Part shown: positions 30,442-42,559 of the stretch, piece by piece
Position numbering within the stretch: the stretch's first letter is position 1
Layout of the letters: each line of letters begins with the position of its first letter
Source of the DNA: Cyanidioschyzon merolae
Lineage: Eukaryota
Strand: one strand, 5' to 3'
Assembly: GCA_000091205.1 (NCBI GenBank)
Contig: AP006495.2
DNA: 64,000 nt
The notes under the pieces: generated by a model
The model's database searches: none
What the model was told of the DNA's origin: nothing
Seen by the model: only the letters and a program-made list of their open reading frames with translations
Position numbers and translations under genes: made by a program

Positions 30442-33418
30442 TGTTCAGGGGACCGCTGCCGGCGTCTTAGGGAACCAGCCAGAAGCAAGTGGCAACTCCT
30501 GCTACTGCCGTTAACGAGAACATTCCTGTAGTATCCACGAGGTGCATCGTTTCCCAGTTGAGCGATAGTGGCAACTCTCGTTCTCCCCGAGTTGGCGGCT
30601 GGCCTCCATGTGGCCCGCATCGAGCGCACTGCTCGGACACGGAACCAAAACTGTCTGAAGATCGTGTTGCTGATGCTCGGCGAGCCGCAGACGGCACCGC
30701 ATCAGCACCGGCGCCGTGTTCGGTGGTACCGATTCTGGCTCCGAAAACGTCTGGTGTAGTTTCTCTTCTCAATGCAGCACGGCGAGCTAGACTCCTAAGC
30801 GTTCTGGGTCGATAATCCTCAACGATACGTTATGGGTTGCGGATTTGGGTCTGGGTCGCGCCACCTGTTTTGGTGACGCCGGATGGGCCAACCGTTGCTT
30901 CTGAACGAGGCAGTTATGCTCGTTAACTGCAGAGGACGAAGCACGGTCGTGATCGCTCAACTGGAGGCACTTTGGCTATCTGCACGCAAGAGACAGTATA
31001 GACCACGTCTTTTGGGGCATCTCTACACCCCTCGGGGCTCGAACGAAGGGAACTTGATCGATCTGGAGGTATGCATCCGCATTTGGCTGCAGAGAAGATT
31101 CACTGATAGCAGCGCTGGATGCCGCACCTGGTATTTGGCGCCCGCGAGCCCGCTTCAACGAAGGTGATGAAGTCGTATCGTACGGATCCATGGATATCTG
31201 GGGCAACGAGGAGAACGGGAGCCATTCAAGAGGACGGATAGCCCGGGTGGAATCGTTGATGGCAGAGGCGTCGCAGGCATCTTCCGCTGGTGGCAATGGT
31301 GATCCGGCATGGGAAGTCTGAAAACGCTGTATTGGAGGACGCTGCAGCATTGCAAGGCCTGCTGGCCTCGTTTCAAGGACAACGATAAATACGACATACA
31401 CGTGAAGCAGCAGTCTAGTTAGCGTGCTCGATCTATGAACCATCCGCGAGCGAGAGCACGTTGGTAAGACGTGCGCAGCCCATGTCTTGAGACACAGACG
31501 CCTGCTCCAATGCAGCCTCGCTAAAAAAAAGGTGCGACGACACTACGCCAGGAAACAACTGTCGTGAAACGACACTCAGGGGCCGCGAGCCCACAAGGGT
31601 CCTACTCCTGGCTACGAAGCTGCAGATAGTCACCTGCGAGCCGGTTCTGAGCCCCCCTTGAGGAGAATGAAAACCGGCTGACGTTGGCGGTCTATGTCAA
31701 AGCGGGTGCCCTGTGGCACCGACGCGGACGACGACACTCAGAGCTTTCGCTTCTGAGCCATCTGTTTCACACCTATCGCGTCTGTAGGTGTGGAACCAGA
31801 GGCACCGAAACGTCTTCCGCAAGCGCGCCTAACGGCCTTGTACTCCAAGAACTACGGCACGGAGTGCGCTCGTGAGTAGGTTCGCTTCTGACTCGTTTTC
31901 ATCCAGCAAGCTCGGCGGAGCAGAACTCGCCCAAACCGCAACGAGTAACGGTTTGCGTGTACATAGCTCCCCAAAGGTCCAGCAAGTAAACCGAACGCCT
32001 CCGGAGAGCGAATCAAGTGACGCGCAAGGGAAATGGGGGGAAACCCACTCTGTCCGCGGGAGTAGACACTCAGCGGTACCGTTGCACCGTACTGTGTGAT
32101 CTTCCAGCGGACGCCCACAGAGACGTCACAAGTGTCGGCTCCGTGTGCGTCGCTGGCCCAAGACAGAGTGTTCAAAAGCAGAAGCGTCTCGACGACCTGA
32201 ACTCGTCGACAGCCTCCTAGCGTGGTGTCCAGCGCACCAAGAACACCTAAGCGTTTACCGCCAGTTGGCGCCAAATGGAAGGCGCCAGCCGCGTGACGCC
32301 CGCTCTCCGAGCGCGTGGTCGACGTGACGCGTCCAGCGCCTTGAGCTGGTACTTTTGGTTAGACGGAACCCACGAAATCGTTCACTTCACTCCGTATCAT
32401 TTTAGGGAACCTGGTATTCGAGCACACGAAAAGTGCGAGAGCATCGATAGGGGTTAGCAGAGGGAATACGCCCGCGGCAGGTGGTTCTGCTCAAACCAAG
32501 ATATCGATGCATGCCCCTGGGTCGACATTTCACGATGAGCATCTACCCTGATAGCCGGAGCACCGACGTGGCATTCGAGTATCGTCCGGTCGATGCACGG
32601 TGTCACCAGGAGTGCTGGTATATCACCAAAATCCGGACAAGCGATGCATGCAAGCTGGGAGCCTCGTCTGGGTTTCTTTCTTGTGGAAACTCAATGCTTC
32701 TCGCCGAAATTCTCTGGATGCGTGATAGCTGGAGGTAACCAGGCAAGGTGCTGCCTTTCGCCTCCAACTCTTGCATGCTCGACCGGTTCAAGACCGGCGT
32801 TCGCCCAGCAATTCAGGGTACGTGGTTAAGCGGGAATCGTTTGCGGGATCATTTACACTTCAGTTTCATGCACAGAGAGGCACTGCGGGGCGGCCTGGGC
32901 CTTGTCTGGCGACCGCGGCGACGCATCGTGCATCGCTGCTGCAGAACTCTCGTTCGACGGTGAACATGTTTCTGAGTCCATGGAGCCGCAATCCCTCCTA
33001 GAAGAATGGAGGACTCATCCTCGTTGAAAAGCAGCGCTCGCGCACCCCCGCGGCCTCCAAGCACGATTTCCAGCTCCGATTCCAGGCAAGCGTCCAGTAT
33101 TGCAGCAGGGATCCTCTACAGGCTGGGCATGAGGCGTGCCTACGAGTTCCCGATTCATTCTCTTGTTGGAGACGTTCTTGAAAGGGATCGAGCGACGGGC
33201 ACCTGCAGAGGAACTGCGTTCTATCCCGTGATTATCCCGAGCACTCGTCCGTTCAAACGAGTCGGGTAGGATGCATCGATCTCCATCGATAGAAAACATC
33301 GCTTCGGTTGCGAAGCGATCGACGAGCGCGTCGCTTGCGGACCTCGACTGCCATCTTGACTCCTGAGCAGCAACTCTATCCGAGACGACTTCGACGACGA
33401 GCGCTCGTTCGAGTTTTT

Positions 33419-34132
33419 ATGACAGGAAAGGCAGCTTGGCCAGTTTTGCTTTACGTGCCGAACTTGATTGGGTATGCGCGCATAGGGCTAGCTTTGGTCG
33501 CCTTCTGGAACGTACCGCACCCGGCAACGTTCCTGACGTTCTATACCACCGGGTTTCTGCTTGACGCTGCTGACGGCTACGCAGCACGCCTGCTCGGGCA
33601 GTCGTCGGCGTTTGGTGCTGTGCTTGACATGCTGACGGATCGATTCTCTACCGCTGGGTTGCTTCTTCTGATTGCTCTACAGGATCTAGCGAACGCTGGT
33701 TTGACATGCAACACGGTGACGTGCGCTCTGACAACGTGTTTTCGGGTTACTGTATGCGTTGCCCTGCTTATTTTGGATGCAGTGAGCCACTTTTGGCAAG
33801 TGTGTGCCGCAACCCTAGCCCGTGCGACCAGTCACAAAGCCGCAGGTCCCGGACGCCTGGTGAAGCTATATTATCGCCGAAGTGTGTTGACAACGGTATG
33901 CCTTTTTAGTGAGGTGTTTTTGTTGCTGCATTTCACGCGTGTTGCTGGTTGGTCCGCCAGGGTCGAAACTGCCAGTCATATGGAGCTGCTATGGATTGCC
34001 GCATACTACGGTTGCGCTATAGTATATGTGCTCAAACAGTTTATATCTTTGGCCCAGATCTGGAACGCCGCGGCGCTTCTCGAGCTCTCATGTTCTGGAT
34101 GCGGACACGTATCCGACGCAAAACGCCCTTAG
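33419..34132 (+). CDS. CDP-diacylglycerol--inositol 3-phosphatidyltransferase (PI synthase; CDP-alcohol phosphatidyltransferase family)
   Basis: 238 aa from the ATG at 33419. N-terminus LLYVPNLIGYARIGLALVAF and the CDP-OH-P motif DGYAARLLGQSSAFGAVLDMLTDR are typical of PIS. Confidence 0.75.
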   Translation: MTGKAAWPVLLYVPNLIGYARIGLALVAFWNVPHPATFLTFYTTGFLLDAADGYAARLLGQSSAFGAVLDMLTDRFSTAGLLLLIALQDLANAGLTCNTVTCALTTCFRVTVCVALLILDAVSHFWQVCAATLARATSHKAAGPGRLVKLYYRRSVLTTVCLFSEVFLLLHFTRVAGWSARVETASHMELLWIAAYYGCAIVYVLKQFISLAQIWNAAALLELSCSGCGHVSDAKRP

Positions 34133-34243
34133 CCATGAACTGCTCATCTGCGTACGAGTTTTGCTGACCGCGCAGTGCTGCTAGCGCGGGGCAGTGTATC
34201 CGGAGAACGTCACCGCTGAGCACTGAAACGACGACCTGGATAT

Positions 34244-34263
34244 TGTGTGTGTGTGTGTGTGTG
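34244..34263. repeat. (TG)10 microsatellite
   Basis: tgtgtgtgtgtgtgtgtgtg. Confidence 0.85.
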
Positions 34264-35645
34264 GATCCAATGCTCTGTGGACGGGCGTTCAACGAACATG
34301 CGAGTGCATCTCGTTGCGTGGAACGACGACCCTGGACCCAGAGAGGGATGGCAAGAATCACCTCTGCCGACTCGTGCATCCATTGAGACGTTATCCGGGG
34401 CCATGCGGTTTGCGTGAACGATTTGCTGGCGCCTTGCGATGTTCCGTAGTTTTTCATATAGAATAGGATCGTCTTTCCACAAGCATGCGCTTGCCGACCC
34501 CACTGCGTGACTCCAGATCATGCTGCTTGGATGAGCGCTTTACTTGCGCCTTTGCAACATTCCACAGTCCTTCGTACAGAACAGTATAACCCTGCCACAT
34601 GTATACATTGCGTATCCCAATACCCGCTCTGTTGCCTAACGTCGCTGGTGCGCCTACATGACGCGTCGTGTATGTATGTGTGTGTATGATTCCATGGCGA
34701 AATGCCTAGCGCGGACGCTCGGTGCCATTCGCATCGCTGCATTGGGAACTGGTTTACCGCGAAACACATTCTGTTTCAGACACAGGTTACCAGAGCGCGT
34801 GCCATAGCGCAGCCTCGAACAGTTCATAAATTTCGCTCTCTGAGGTCCCTCTTGCATACGATTCTACCCCGAACATCCAAGAGGTGTTTCATGCACGCAC
34901 AGGCCGAGTGAAGCCGCTGTGCGATGCTTGCCACATGCAGCGACCATCGAATATGGAAAGAAAGGTATCATCCGCTGTGTAAGGTAGATTGTCCAGTAGA
35001 ATCCGGTCGATGCGATGATGTTTGCGATGGATCCAAAGGCAATAAGGTCGAGAAGAGGCCGACACCGCTCAACTACTCTCCACAATGAAAGCGATGCTAT
35101 GCAGAGTGGCATCATCGCCTAGATGATCCACGATGCGCTTTTCAGAGCACCTGGCACTCCCGTATCCGCGTCATCGAAAGCGGAGCATTGCGCACAGGAC
35201 GCAAGGTGTCTGTCTCGGTACGTCATGATATTCACACATACCCAGGGGAATACGATTGGACTCCTCTGTCTTTGGTCACTGAAAATTTTACGCAGCGACT
35301 CCGTCCAGGGGCCCTCGTTCCATGCGCAAACGAGGCCTCATCGAGCACATCATCTGTGACCGAGTCGCGAAATAACAGCGAGTCCGATGCTCGCAACGCG
35401 GTACACAGGCGACGAGCCGTCCAGGGCTGAGCGCTCCCCTGCTCGGAGACCTCGGCGCTGGACCCCGACTGTCGCCACTGACTCTCTTCGTCCGCGTCTT
35501 TGTGACTTTCGTGCAGCCCGCGAAGCCCCTGACTGTGGTGCAGCAACGCGCTCACGTCGCCAGCAGTGATTGCATCACACGGATGCACATTGTCCACAGG
35601 GAATCACTGGAGCTTCAAGGAACTGCGCAATGAAAACATTAGGCT

Positions 35646-36515
35646 TTAGTCTTTTGCTTTTGATACCGGCCAGTAGGTTCGGCGATAGAAGCGCAGGAAA
35701 AGCAGCAGGTACGATGCATTGCAGAACGTGCTGATCGCCAAGGCAGGCATACCCATGCAACGTTGCGGATTTCTCCAGTACAAGTAGAGATATGGGATCG
35801 TCAACGCGAAACTAGTGATGAATTGCACGATTTGCAGAAGCGTTATCCATCGCTTCCATGGAAACCGCCATTGCATGGACGCATACGCAAAGTACATGTA
35901 CATGATTGTATGGATGGCGGTATTAAACAGCATTCCATAGATTGAAAAATTGAGGCCGTAACGCAACCAGCTCCAAGTTTCGAATACCACCGATGCATGA
36001 TGCCAAACATGTAGCACCGTCAACGGTTTCCCGCGTGCCGCAAGCAGAAACGTATCGAAAAACTCCACCGGTTTCGACAAGTAAAACATGTACAGCCAGT
36101 AGTAGATGTTTCTGGGAAAATTATCGAACGACGAAGAACAGAAGGTGCGCTCTATGCTACCGTCGCTGCGCGTAACCGCAACGACGGCGCTGGCGGCGCC
36201 GAGGAACATCACCCCCGACCAGGCCGAGAGCACCAGGTTGTGCAGAAACGCCAGCAGCCTCAGAGCCTGGTCTAGTGGACGCGACACATGAATGCGCCAA
36301 GCTAACCACAGTATAAACGTGGAAAGAAAATAGAAAAACCAGAAAATCAGCAGCCAGATCGGCGCAGAAAACGCGTGGCTCGTTGCGCTTGGTGATAGTG
36401 TCGACCAGTGCGTCCAGTGTATAGGTACCTTCATACTCCCCGGTCCAGTACGAAGCGTTTCCACTGCAAACTTAAACTGCTGGATAGAAGCCTCCAGGAT
36501 CATATTCAGGTTCAT
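35646..36515 (-). CDS. Fatty acid elongase, ELO family (3-ketoacyl-CoA synthase, GNS1/SUR4 type)
   Basis: 290 aa from the ATG at 36515. ELO histidine box LHVWHHASV and multiple TM segments. A (GCGA)6 simple repeat lies at 36529-36553 just upstream of the start. Confidence 0.8.
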   Translation of the reverse strand: MNLNMILEASIQQFKFAVETLRTGPGSMKVPIHWTHWSTLSPSATSHAFSAPIWLLIFWFFYFLSTFILWLAWRIHVSRPLDQALRLLAFLHNLVLSAWSGVMFLGAASAVVAVTRSDGSIERTFCSSSFDNFPRNIYYWLYMFYLSKPVEFFDTFLLAARGKPLTVLHVWHHASVVFETWSWLRYGLNFSIYGMLFNTAIHTIMYMYFAYASMQWRFPWKRWITLLQIVQFITSFALTIPYLYLYWRNPQRCMGMPALAISTFCNASYLLLFLRFYRRTYWPVSKAKD

Positions 36516-36698
36516 GATTGACAGTCTAACGAGCGAGCGAGCGAGCGAGCGAGGAAGCCACACCTGCGCACATAGCCGCCGCCTGCTCCTGAACTGCAAC
36601 GAGGCGCCTGCGCTTTCGAACGAGCGAACGATGCGCTTGTCACTGGCAAACCGGTACGTTTCTGTCATTCTGCAAGCGCTGCACCTGCGACTTGGCCT

Positions 36699-38855
36699 AT
36701 GAAACCAGATCCTCAAAAAGCCTCCATAAAGCCAGATATACACGCTGGGCGTTATATAGGTGAAGAAGACTTGAGCGATGACGACGACTTTGAGCCAGTG
36801 CTCGAGTCCGGGAGCAGGACGCAGGACGGGACGCCTTACCGAGAGTATACCCTGCGCGTGCTGCCCTGGGTAGACTGGGATAAGCTGTTCACGGATACGC
36901 AGTCTGAACCCAGCGACAGTCTAGAGCTCTCGGACTCTTCACAATCTGGAGATGAAGACGAGCTCGGCAACGATAGCGGCGAAACGGCCGCTAGGAATAC
37001 AAAGGAAGCAGCGGAAGCAGAGTTTGTACGTCGTGAGTATATTCTCGCGCGCTTTCCAAACACGGACGGTTGCACAACCGACAAGCGCGAACAAACAACC
37101 GGTCTTCGCTTTGACCCGAGCACAAAGCTCCCAGTACCGAAACGCGGAGCAGTGCCGCGCTATCAGCCCGGTGGCTTTGCGCGACTTTGCCGCGAGGGCG
37201 AGGAGACCTTGCGTGAACGACTAGAGGCGTTGGAAGAGGCTCAGCGCGTGGATGCACAGCTCAAGGTTGGCAAAGCGCCCTGGTACAAACAACGGCGGGA
37301 TCTGGAGGGTATCGCTCGAATTCCGGAGCGTTATCGGAAACGACTCATCTTGGAGGTCGAGGAAACCTCTGAGCCTGCTCAGGGTGCCTCCGCGTCGGAG
37401 CCGAGCGCTGCCCACATGAGTGACGCGAAGAACGCTGGACGCCCCGAGGCGACTCGTACAGTTCGCGATGATCCCAAGGCGCCCAGTACAAAAAGACGGA
37501 AGGTCTTCTATGGTACCATGGATAGTGCGCTTGGGTCTGATTACTGTCTGATGATTGTTCGAGATGATCGTACCATCGATCTGGTGCCTGTTGGACGCTA
37601 CGCTTGGCATAATTTCAAGTTTGCGCCTAAGTTATCCGATATGGCGAATGAGCGCATGCATCGACGTGACGCTCGGCAGGCAGTGGACGCAACACGTCCA
37701 TCAGAGATGACCGTGGATCGCAGGGGATCGTCGCCTGTAATTGCGGATACGGGGGAGCAGGCAATCACCGTGAGTACTGAGGATGATCCGCTCGTCCACG
37801 TGGAACAGAAACTGAGAGCGCGCGCAGCCTTGGCGGATACCATTCTGGAACGCCGTCGGCATCTCGTGAATAGTTCGTCGCACGCGGCTAGTCTCTGGTC
37901 TGGCACCCAGTGGCAGCGCCCGTTCGTGCGTCGGACCGATGAGGGTGTGCATCCTCCACATGATTCGGAACCCGCTGTCAGTCAAGGGCAGTTAGACCCA
38001 TCTCTGCTGCTGTCGCGAAGAGAGATTGATTCGAGTGATGAATCAAACGCTGAGGATCGTTCTGGAGAAGATGACGTTGATGTCGTACGCGAAAACGGTC
38101 GACACACACCTGAGCGCTATCCAAATGCATCCGCTGATGATGCGTCGGTACTCGCGGCAGCGTTTCGGTATCGGGGGGGCCAGACGCCGTCGTGCTCGCA
38201 CTCGAATGCATCCGGTAGTGGCACCGAGTCGCAAAGTTCGCTTGAGCGTCTCGAGCGCTATCAGGCTGAGGATCCTCTGCGGCAGGGCAGCTTCTCTGAC
38301 GCTGGCGACGATACGGACATGCAGTGGAGGCATCGCTCGGGTCTGTCTGAAAACGGCCGGATGCTGAAACGCCTGCTCGAGAGGGAGAAAACTGCGCAGC
38401 CGCCAGCTGGAGTCGGATTCCGCTCAGAGATACCGCTAACGCGACCGTCTTCGCAGGCACCGTCAGATGCCGGAGCTACGGGCACCAGCGGATACGATTC
38501 TGCGCCCCGCTTCCAGGAACACGAGTCTATCGCGGGATCGGCTGGAGCCAAGTATCCCGGGAAGCCAGTCTCTGCAGGTGAACAGCACGCTGTGCCTTCG
38601 CATTTACTGCCGGCGCCGGATGGAGTTATCGAAGAAATGCATATCAAAGCCGTGTTGCGGTATCTCGCGAGGCAAGGTTCCTACGTTACTGTGAAGGAGC
38701 TCCTTTCTTATTTTCAACCATGGTTTCCAGCGCAAAAGGAGCGTGTTGCTGCTCTGGTTCGAAAAATGTGCACCGCACGCGAGATCCCACCTGGATCAGG
38801 TCGCATCTGTGTGTTGCTCAAGGAGCAGGTGCTGCAGCATGCCCCGGCGTCATGA
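36699..38855 (+). CDS. Transcription initiation factor IIF alpha subunit (RAP74/Tfg1-like)
   Basis: DYCLMIVRDDRTIDLVPVGRYAWHNFKFAP resembles the RAP74 N-domain SYYIFTQCPDGAFEAFPVHNWYNFTP. There is an acidic, low-complexity middle region. The C-terminal HIKAVLRYLARQGSYVTVKELLSYFQPW resembles the RAP74 winged helix. Confidence 0.55.
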   Translation: MKPDPQKASIKPDIHAGRYIGEEDLSDDDDFEPVLESGSRTQDGTPYREYTLRVLPWVDWDKLFTDTQSEPSDSLELSDSSQSGDEDELGNDSGETAARNTKEAAEAEFVRREYILARFPNTDGCTTDKREQTTGLRFDPSTKLPVPKRGAVPRYQPGGFARLCREGEETLRERLEALEEAQRVDAQLKVGKAPWYKQRRDLEGIARIPERYRKRLILEVEETSEPAQGASASEPSAAHMSDAKNAGRPEATRTVRDDPKAPSTKRRKVFYGTMDSALGSDYCLMIVRDDRTIDLVPVGRYAWHNFKFAPKLSDMANERMHRRDARQAVDATRPSEMTVDRRGSSPVIADTGEQAITVSTEDDPLVHVEQKLRARAALADTILERRRHLVNSSSHAASLWSGTQWQRPFVRRTDEGVHPPHDSEPAVSQGQLDPSLLLSRREIDSSDESNAEDRSGEDDVDVVRENGRHTPERYPNASADDASVLAAAFRYRGGQTPSCSHSNASGSGTESQSSLERLERYQAEDPLRQGSFSDAGDDTDMQWRHRSGLSENGRMLKRLLEREKTAQPPAGVGFRSEIPLTRPSSQAPSDAGATGTSGYDSAPRFQEHESIAGSAGAKYPGKPVSAGEQHAVPSHLLPAPDGVIEEMHIKAVLRYLARQGSYVTVKELLSYFQPWFPAQKERVAALVRKMCTAREIPPGSGRICVLLKEQVLQHAPAS

Positions 38856-41131
38856 GCGCATAAGCGGTAGGTCGATGCCGGGCACATCCGGCACGCTGCA
38901 TCGCGGGTTGCATGCCCTTCGCATACCGCTCCAGGCTTGATCAGGGGCGATAACAGACGCTCCAGCGATGTATCCTTTGCGTGCTGCCTGATACGGAAAA
39001 CGACATCTTCAAGCAGCGCATGACGCTCAGACATGTTCTTGATTGAAGCTTTGACGAGAAGCGAAAACCTTTGGAACGATCCGCTTTCAATCCAAGGCCG
39101 TAAGGATATCCGATCTCGTACGATCCATACAGGCAAGGATCTGAATGGAGCGCATTTTCCGTTCGTTTATTTTCAACGGATCGCTCGAGGCGCTCCCGGG
39201 TCACGCAATGCGATGGTGTGTGCTGGCGCTGCTGCTGGGCGTTCGGCGTTGCTGTGCGTTTACGAGTTATCTGCGCCCCCACGGTGTGCATGTGATGAAC
39301 GCCCGAGACGAATGAGGCCGCCCACGCTGCTGCCGGGCTGCGTCAGCAAGCATCCCCAGTTTGGTACGATCAAGTGCCGGGACATCCATGCAGTCCTGCA
39401 TGTTACGCGTGCGGCCGTCTTATCGCCTGAGCTGGCGCACGTAAGCGCACTCGCAACGCAAGTAGCTCTGGGTAGCGTTCTGAGGCCTAGACGCAGCGTG
39501 CTCGAGATGTTGCACATCCGAATGCCGTTCGGGAGATGCGATACCGGCGCTGTGGACGGAACCCCGGTCCGCTATGGAGCATGCGGCAGCGACGGACATC
39601 GATACCTGCACTGGATAAAATATCCAGTATGTTCTCTGCATGCTTACCTGACGTGCATTGACTTCATCTCAGATACTTGTCTGCGCTGTGCATTGTCTGC
39701 TGTAAGCTACGACCTGGGTTTGTTCAACGCAGCGCAGGCATGCACGAACATACATGATGGTATTTGCATGTCGATTTTGCAAGGTTGCTTGACCTGCCAG
39801 CTCTGAACTCAACCGTAGCGCACTCCACGCTGCGAGATGCGTTTATGACCGCACCCTGTCCTTTGATCTGCCAAACGTTCCCAGACACGAAAAGCAACCC
39901 AGGCATGCTTCATCTCTCATGACTGTACGTCGATAGATGATGCACATACAATACTCGTATACACGGTGTCCGCTCAGGTGGAAGACGCTGCGGGTCTCTG
40001 CTCGTGGCGTTGCCGCAGCGGTCGGAGAGTGTCGATCGCGCGTTCCTGCATCCCCGCCGGCGCTACTTGATACACGATGTACACTGACAGAATGCGCTGA
40101 TATCAAGAGCGCAATCGGGGGTGCCTGTTCAGTGTGTAAAGGTTGTATAAAAAACGCGATGTGCGCTGTCGACTGGAGAGAACGTTGCGTGCGATTGTAA
40201 CTACAGCGCAGCATTCTCGACATTCACTACGTTCAAAAAAAGACAGAAAAAAAGCACTTGCTTTTTGCAACGGTCCCGAAAGAACACAAACGAACCAGCA
40301 ACCAGCGACTCGATACCAATTTCGTTCCAGCTTCACGGTGAACATTGAACGGGGGCAAACGTCTCCGTATTTTCGAACGTTGATCCGCATGATGGAAGGT
40401 CGCACGACCCCGACGTGTCCGGCGGGCTCGTGCCTCACGCCTCCCTCAGTTACCGGGTGATGTGGCGACACCCGAGCGACTCATCTGCAACGATGTTTTT
40501 GTTTTTAGATGAGAAAGCGGTAGGCTGCATGCTAGGCGTTGCCCTGGTTGCAGTACGCTCCTGGCAGATCGCTTCGCGCTACCGCAAGCAGTGCGTCTCT
40601 CTCCGCAGCTTGCTGGCTCCCAGTATCATAAAGAGTCCCGATTCCGTATTGAATAAAAGACACTTCGAGCCAACGTCCTCAGTCGTATGCCAATCCCGTT
40701 CTATGCTCGTGCTGCACCCGCACCAGCTGTATAGGGGTTATTCAGGGGACAGCAAGGCAGGTACTCGCTGCGCGATAGAACGCACGAAACGACCAGTACA
40801 ACCTATATCACATATAGGTTATGGAACTTGAGCGTATGGCACAGCATGATGGACAATTCCATGAACCCTACTATCCATCCCGTGTCTGGGTTCCGTGGTC
40901 AATGGAAACATTTCGTCAAACATGAGAGAAAAAGCCGGTAGGCCTCAGCGTGCCACCAAGTCCCGTTTTTGAAATCCCTCATCGGGCGATCGCGCCAAAT
41001 CGATCGTACGTTGCGCGTTGGTGCGCTCTTGCGCTGTGCTGCGGCACGCTGCAGTACGCACGCTCTGGTGAACTGCTCTGTCGTGCTCGATATCGCAACG
41101 ATTGTGTTGACGGCACAACAAAGGTCTCTGA

Positions 41132-42139
41132 ATGGTGCATACAGGAGTATGCGCTTCAGGTGAACATATTCTGCAGAAGCAGGTAGCTTGTTTGGAAGCT
41201 ACCTGTGAGACGCTACGAGAGCATAGTCAACGGGAGTATGCAGCGCTCGAGAAGAGCGTGGCACAGGCGTTCACGGCGCTACAACGCGAGAATGCTGAGC
41301 TGGAGCTGATAGCGTCCCAATGGCGACGATGTTGTGCGGAGCAGCAGTGGGCTGGTATTGTTGCCCACCAGGAGTTGGTGAAAGAGCGTGCGCGGGTGCG
41401 CGAACTGGAGGAAAAAATTGAGTTGATGGACTTGCTGTACGCGGAGGAACAGCGTCGCTGGCAGCAGGCGCTTGCATCCATGGAGGCGGAACTGGTGCTT
41501 TTACGCAGTGTCAGCGTCCCCGGGCCGCTGGACACGAATCCGGACTTGCAACCGGCGCTGATGGAAGTACCCGCGATGAAGAGCATGACGTGTCCGCAAA
41601 TCGTGGAACCGAGCGTGGTGCCAGCCACCGAGAATGACGCAGACGATGCAATAGAGTCGCGTGAAAATACGGCCGAAGTACCGGAACGGCGAAGCAGTGC
41701 AAAATCCAACAAGTCTCGTACGGCGAAACGAAATCAAAGCCGAGGCAAGCGTTTGGTGCCATCACATCGTACCGAGCCTCGTCGCAAATCCGAAACTGCA
41801 CCCAAGCCGAGCAAACGGGAATCAGAACAGAGGGACGCGCAAACCCCAGTCGTGTGCTCGACGACTGCAAAGCGCCGCCGCCGCGTCTCTTTTTCAAGCC
41901 CAGCTGACCCCGTCTCTGTGCTGGAGGGTTCCAGCCTCTATGAAGGCCCCGGTCGAGATTGCGTTCATCCGCAGGAACCTGGACCAGCCGAACGCATCGT
42001 ACCTGATCGGCGTCAAAAAGCAGTGGACCTCCATTTCCAGAAAGCCCAACAAGGCAGGCGCAAGCTCTTCAGTTTTATCACGCAGCAGCGCCTTGTCATC
42101 GCCAAGCCGCGACCTGTACCAACGCTCACCCAGCTCTGA
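41132..42139 (+). CDS. Coiled-coil protein with a basic S/R/K-rich C-terminus; function unknown
   Basis: 335-aa ORF. The N-terminal 120 aa have heptad character (EATCETLREHSQREYAALEKSVAQAFTALQRENAELE...). No family recognised. Confidence 0.3.
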   Translation: MVHTGVCASGEHILQKQVACLEATCETLREHSQREYAALEKSVAQAFTALQRENAELELIASQWRRCCAEQQWAGIVAHQELVKERARVRELEEKIELMDLLYAEEQRRWQQALASMEAELVLLRSVSVPGPLDTNPDLQPALMEVPAMKSMTCPQIVEPSVVPATENDADDAIESRENTAEVPERRSSAKSNKSRTAKRNQSRGKRLVPSHRTEPRRKSETAPKPSKRESEQRDAQTPVVCSTTAKRRRRVSFSSPADPVSVLEGSSLYEGPGRDCVHPQEPGPAERIVPDRRQKAVDLHFQKAQQGRRKLFSFITQQRLVIAKPRPVPTLTQL

Positions 42140-42559
42140 GCGTGGTCGGGTGCCAGAGGCAGCAGCCTACGTGCGCTATCCGCACGAGATGCGAACGCTC
42201 GACTCAAGGCCCTTTTACAATGTCTCAGCATCAATACCCGCTGTACCTGGTGGCGCAGCGTCGCTGGTAGCCGCCCATCAACGCGTAAAGCATAGAACGG
42301 TGAACGAGCCTGCCGTGCCGCGCTCCATTCAACCCGATAACATATCCAATAATGACTACCGCGAAGCTTCCGCAAGCATGCACGATCCCTGTTTTGCATA
42401 GATGCTAGCGCGTTGGTCCAATTGCGAGGAACTGTGACGTGCAGCTGCCTTGCAGACGCACATGCCCGAACACCCCACTCCGGTAGCATCCATTTCGCTT
42501 CCATGTACCGCTCGCAGGGTGATTCGTCTGCGCGAAAGCATGCCATGCCGTTCGAGCGC

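Noticed and set aside
39033-39806. Cys-rich 257-aa ORF (and similar GC-rich ORFs at 53488-54213 and 30976-31443) as secreted or novel proteins
   Set aside because: There are no recognisable domains, the composition is dominated by Ala/Arg/Cys as expected from GC-rich non-coding DNA, and starts are often non-ATG in the ORF track. This is insufficient evidence to call genes.
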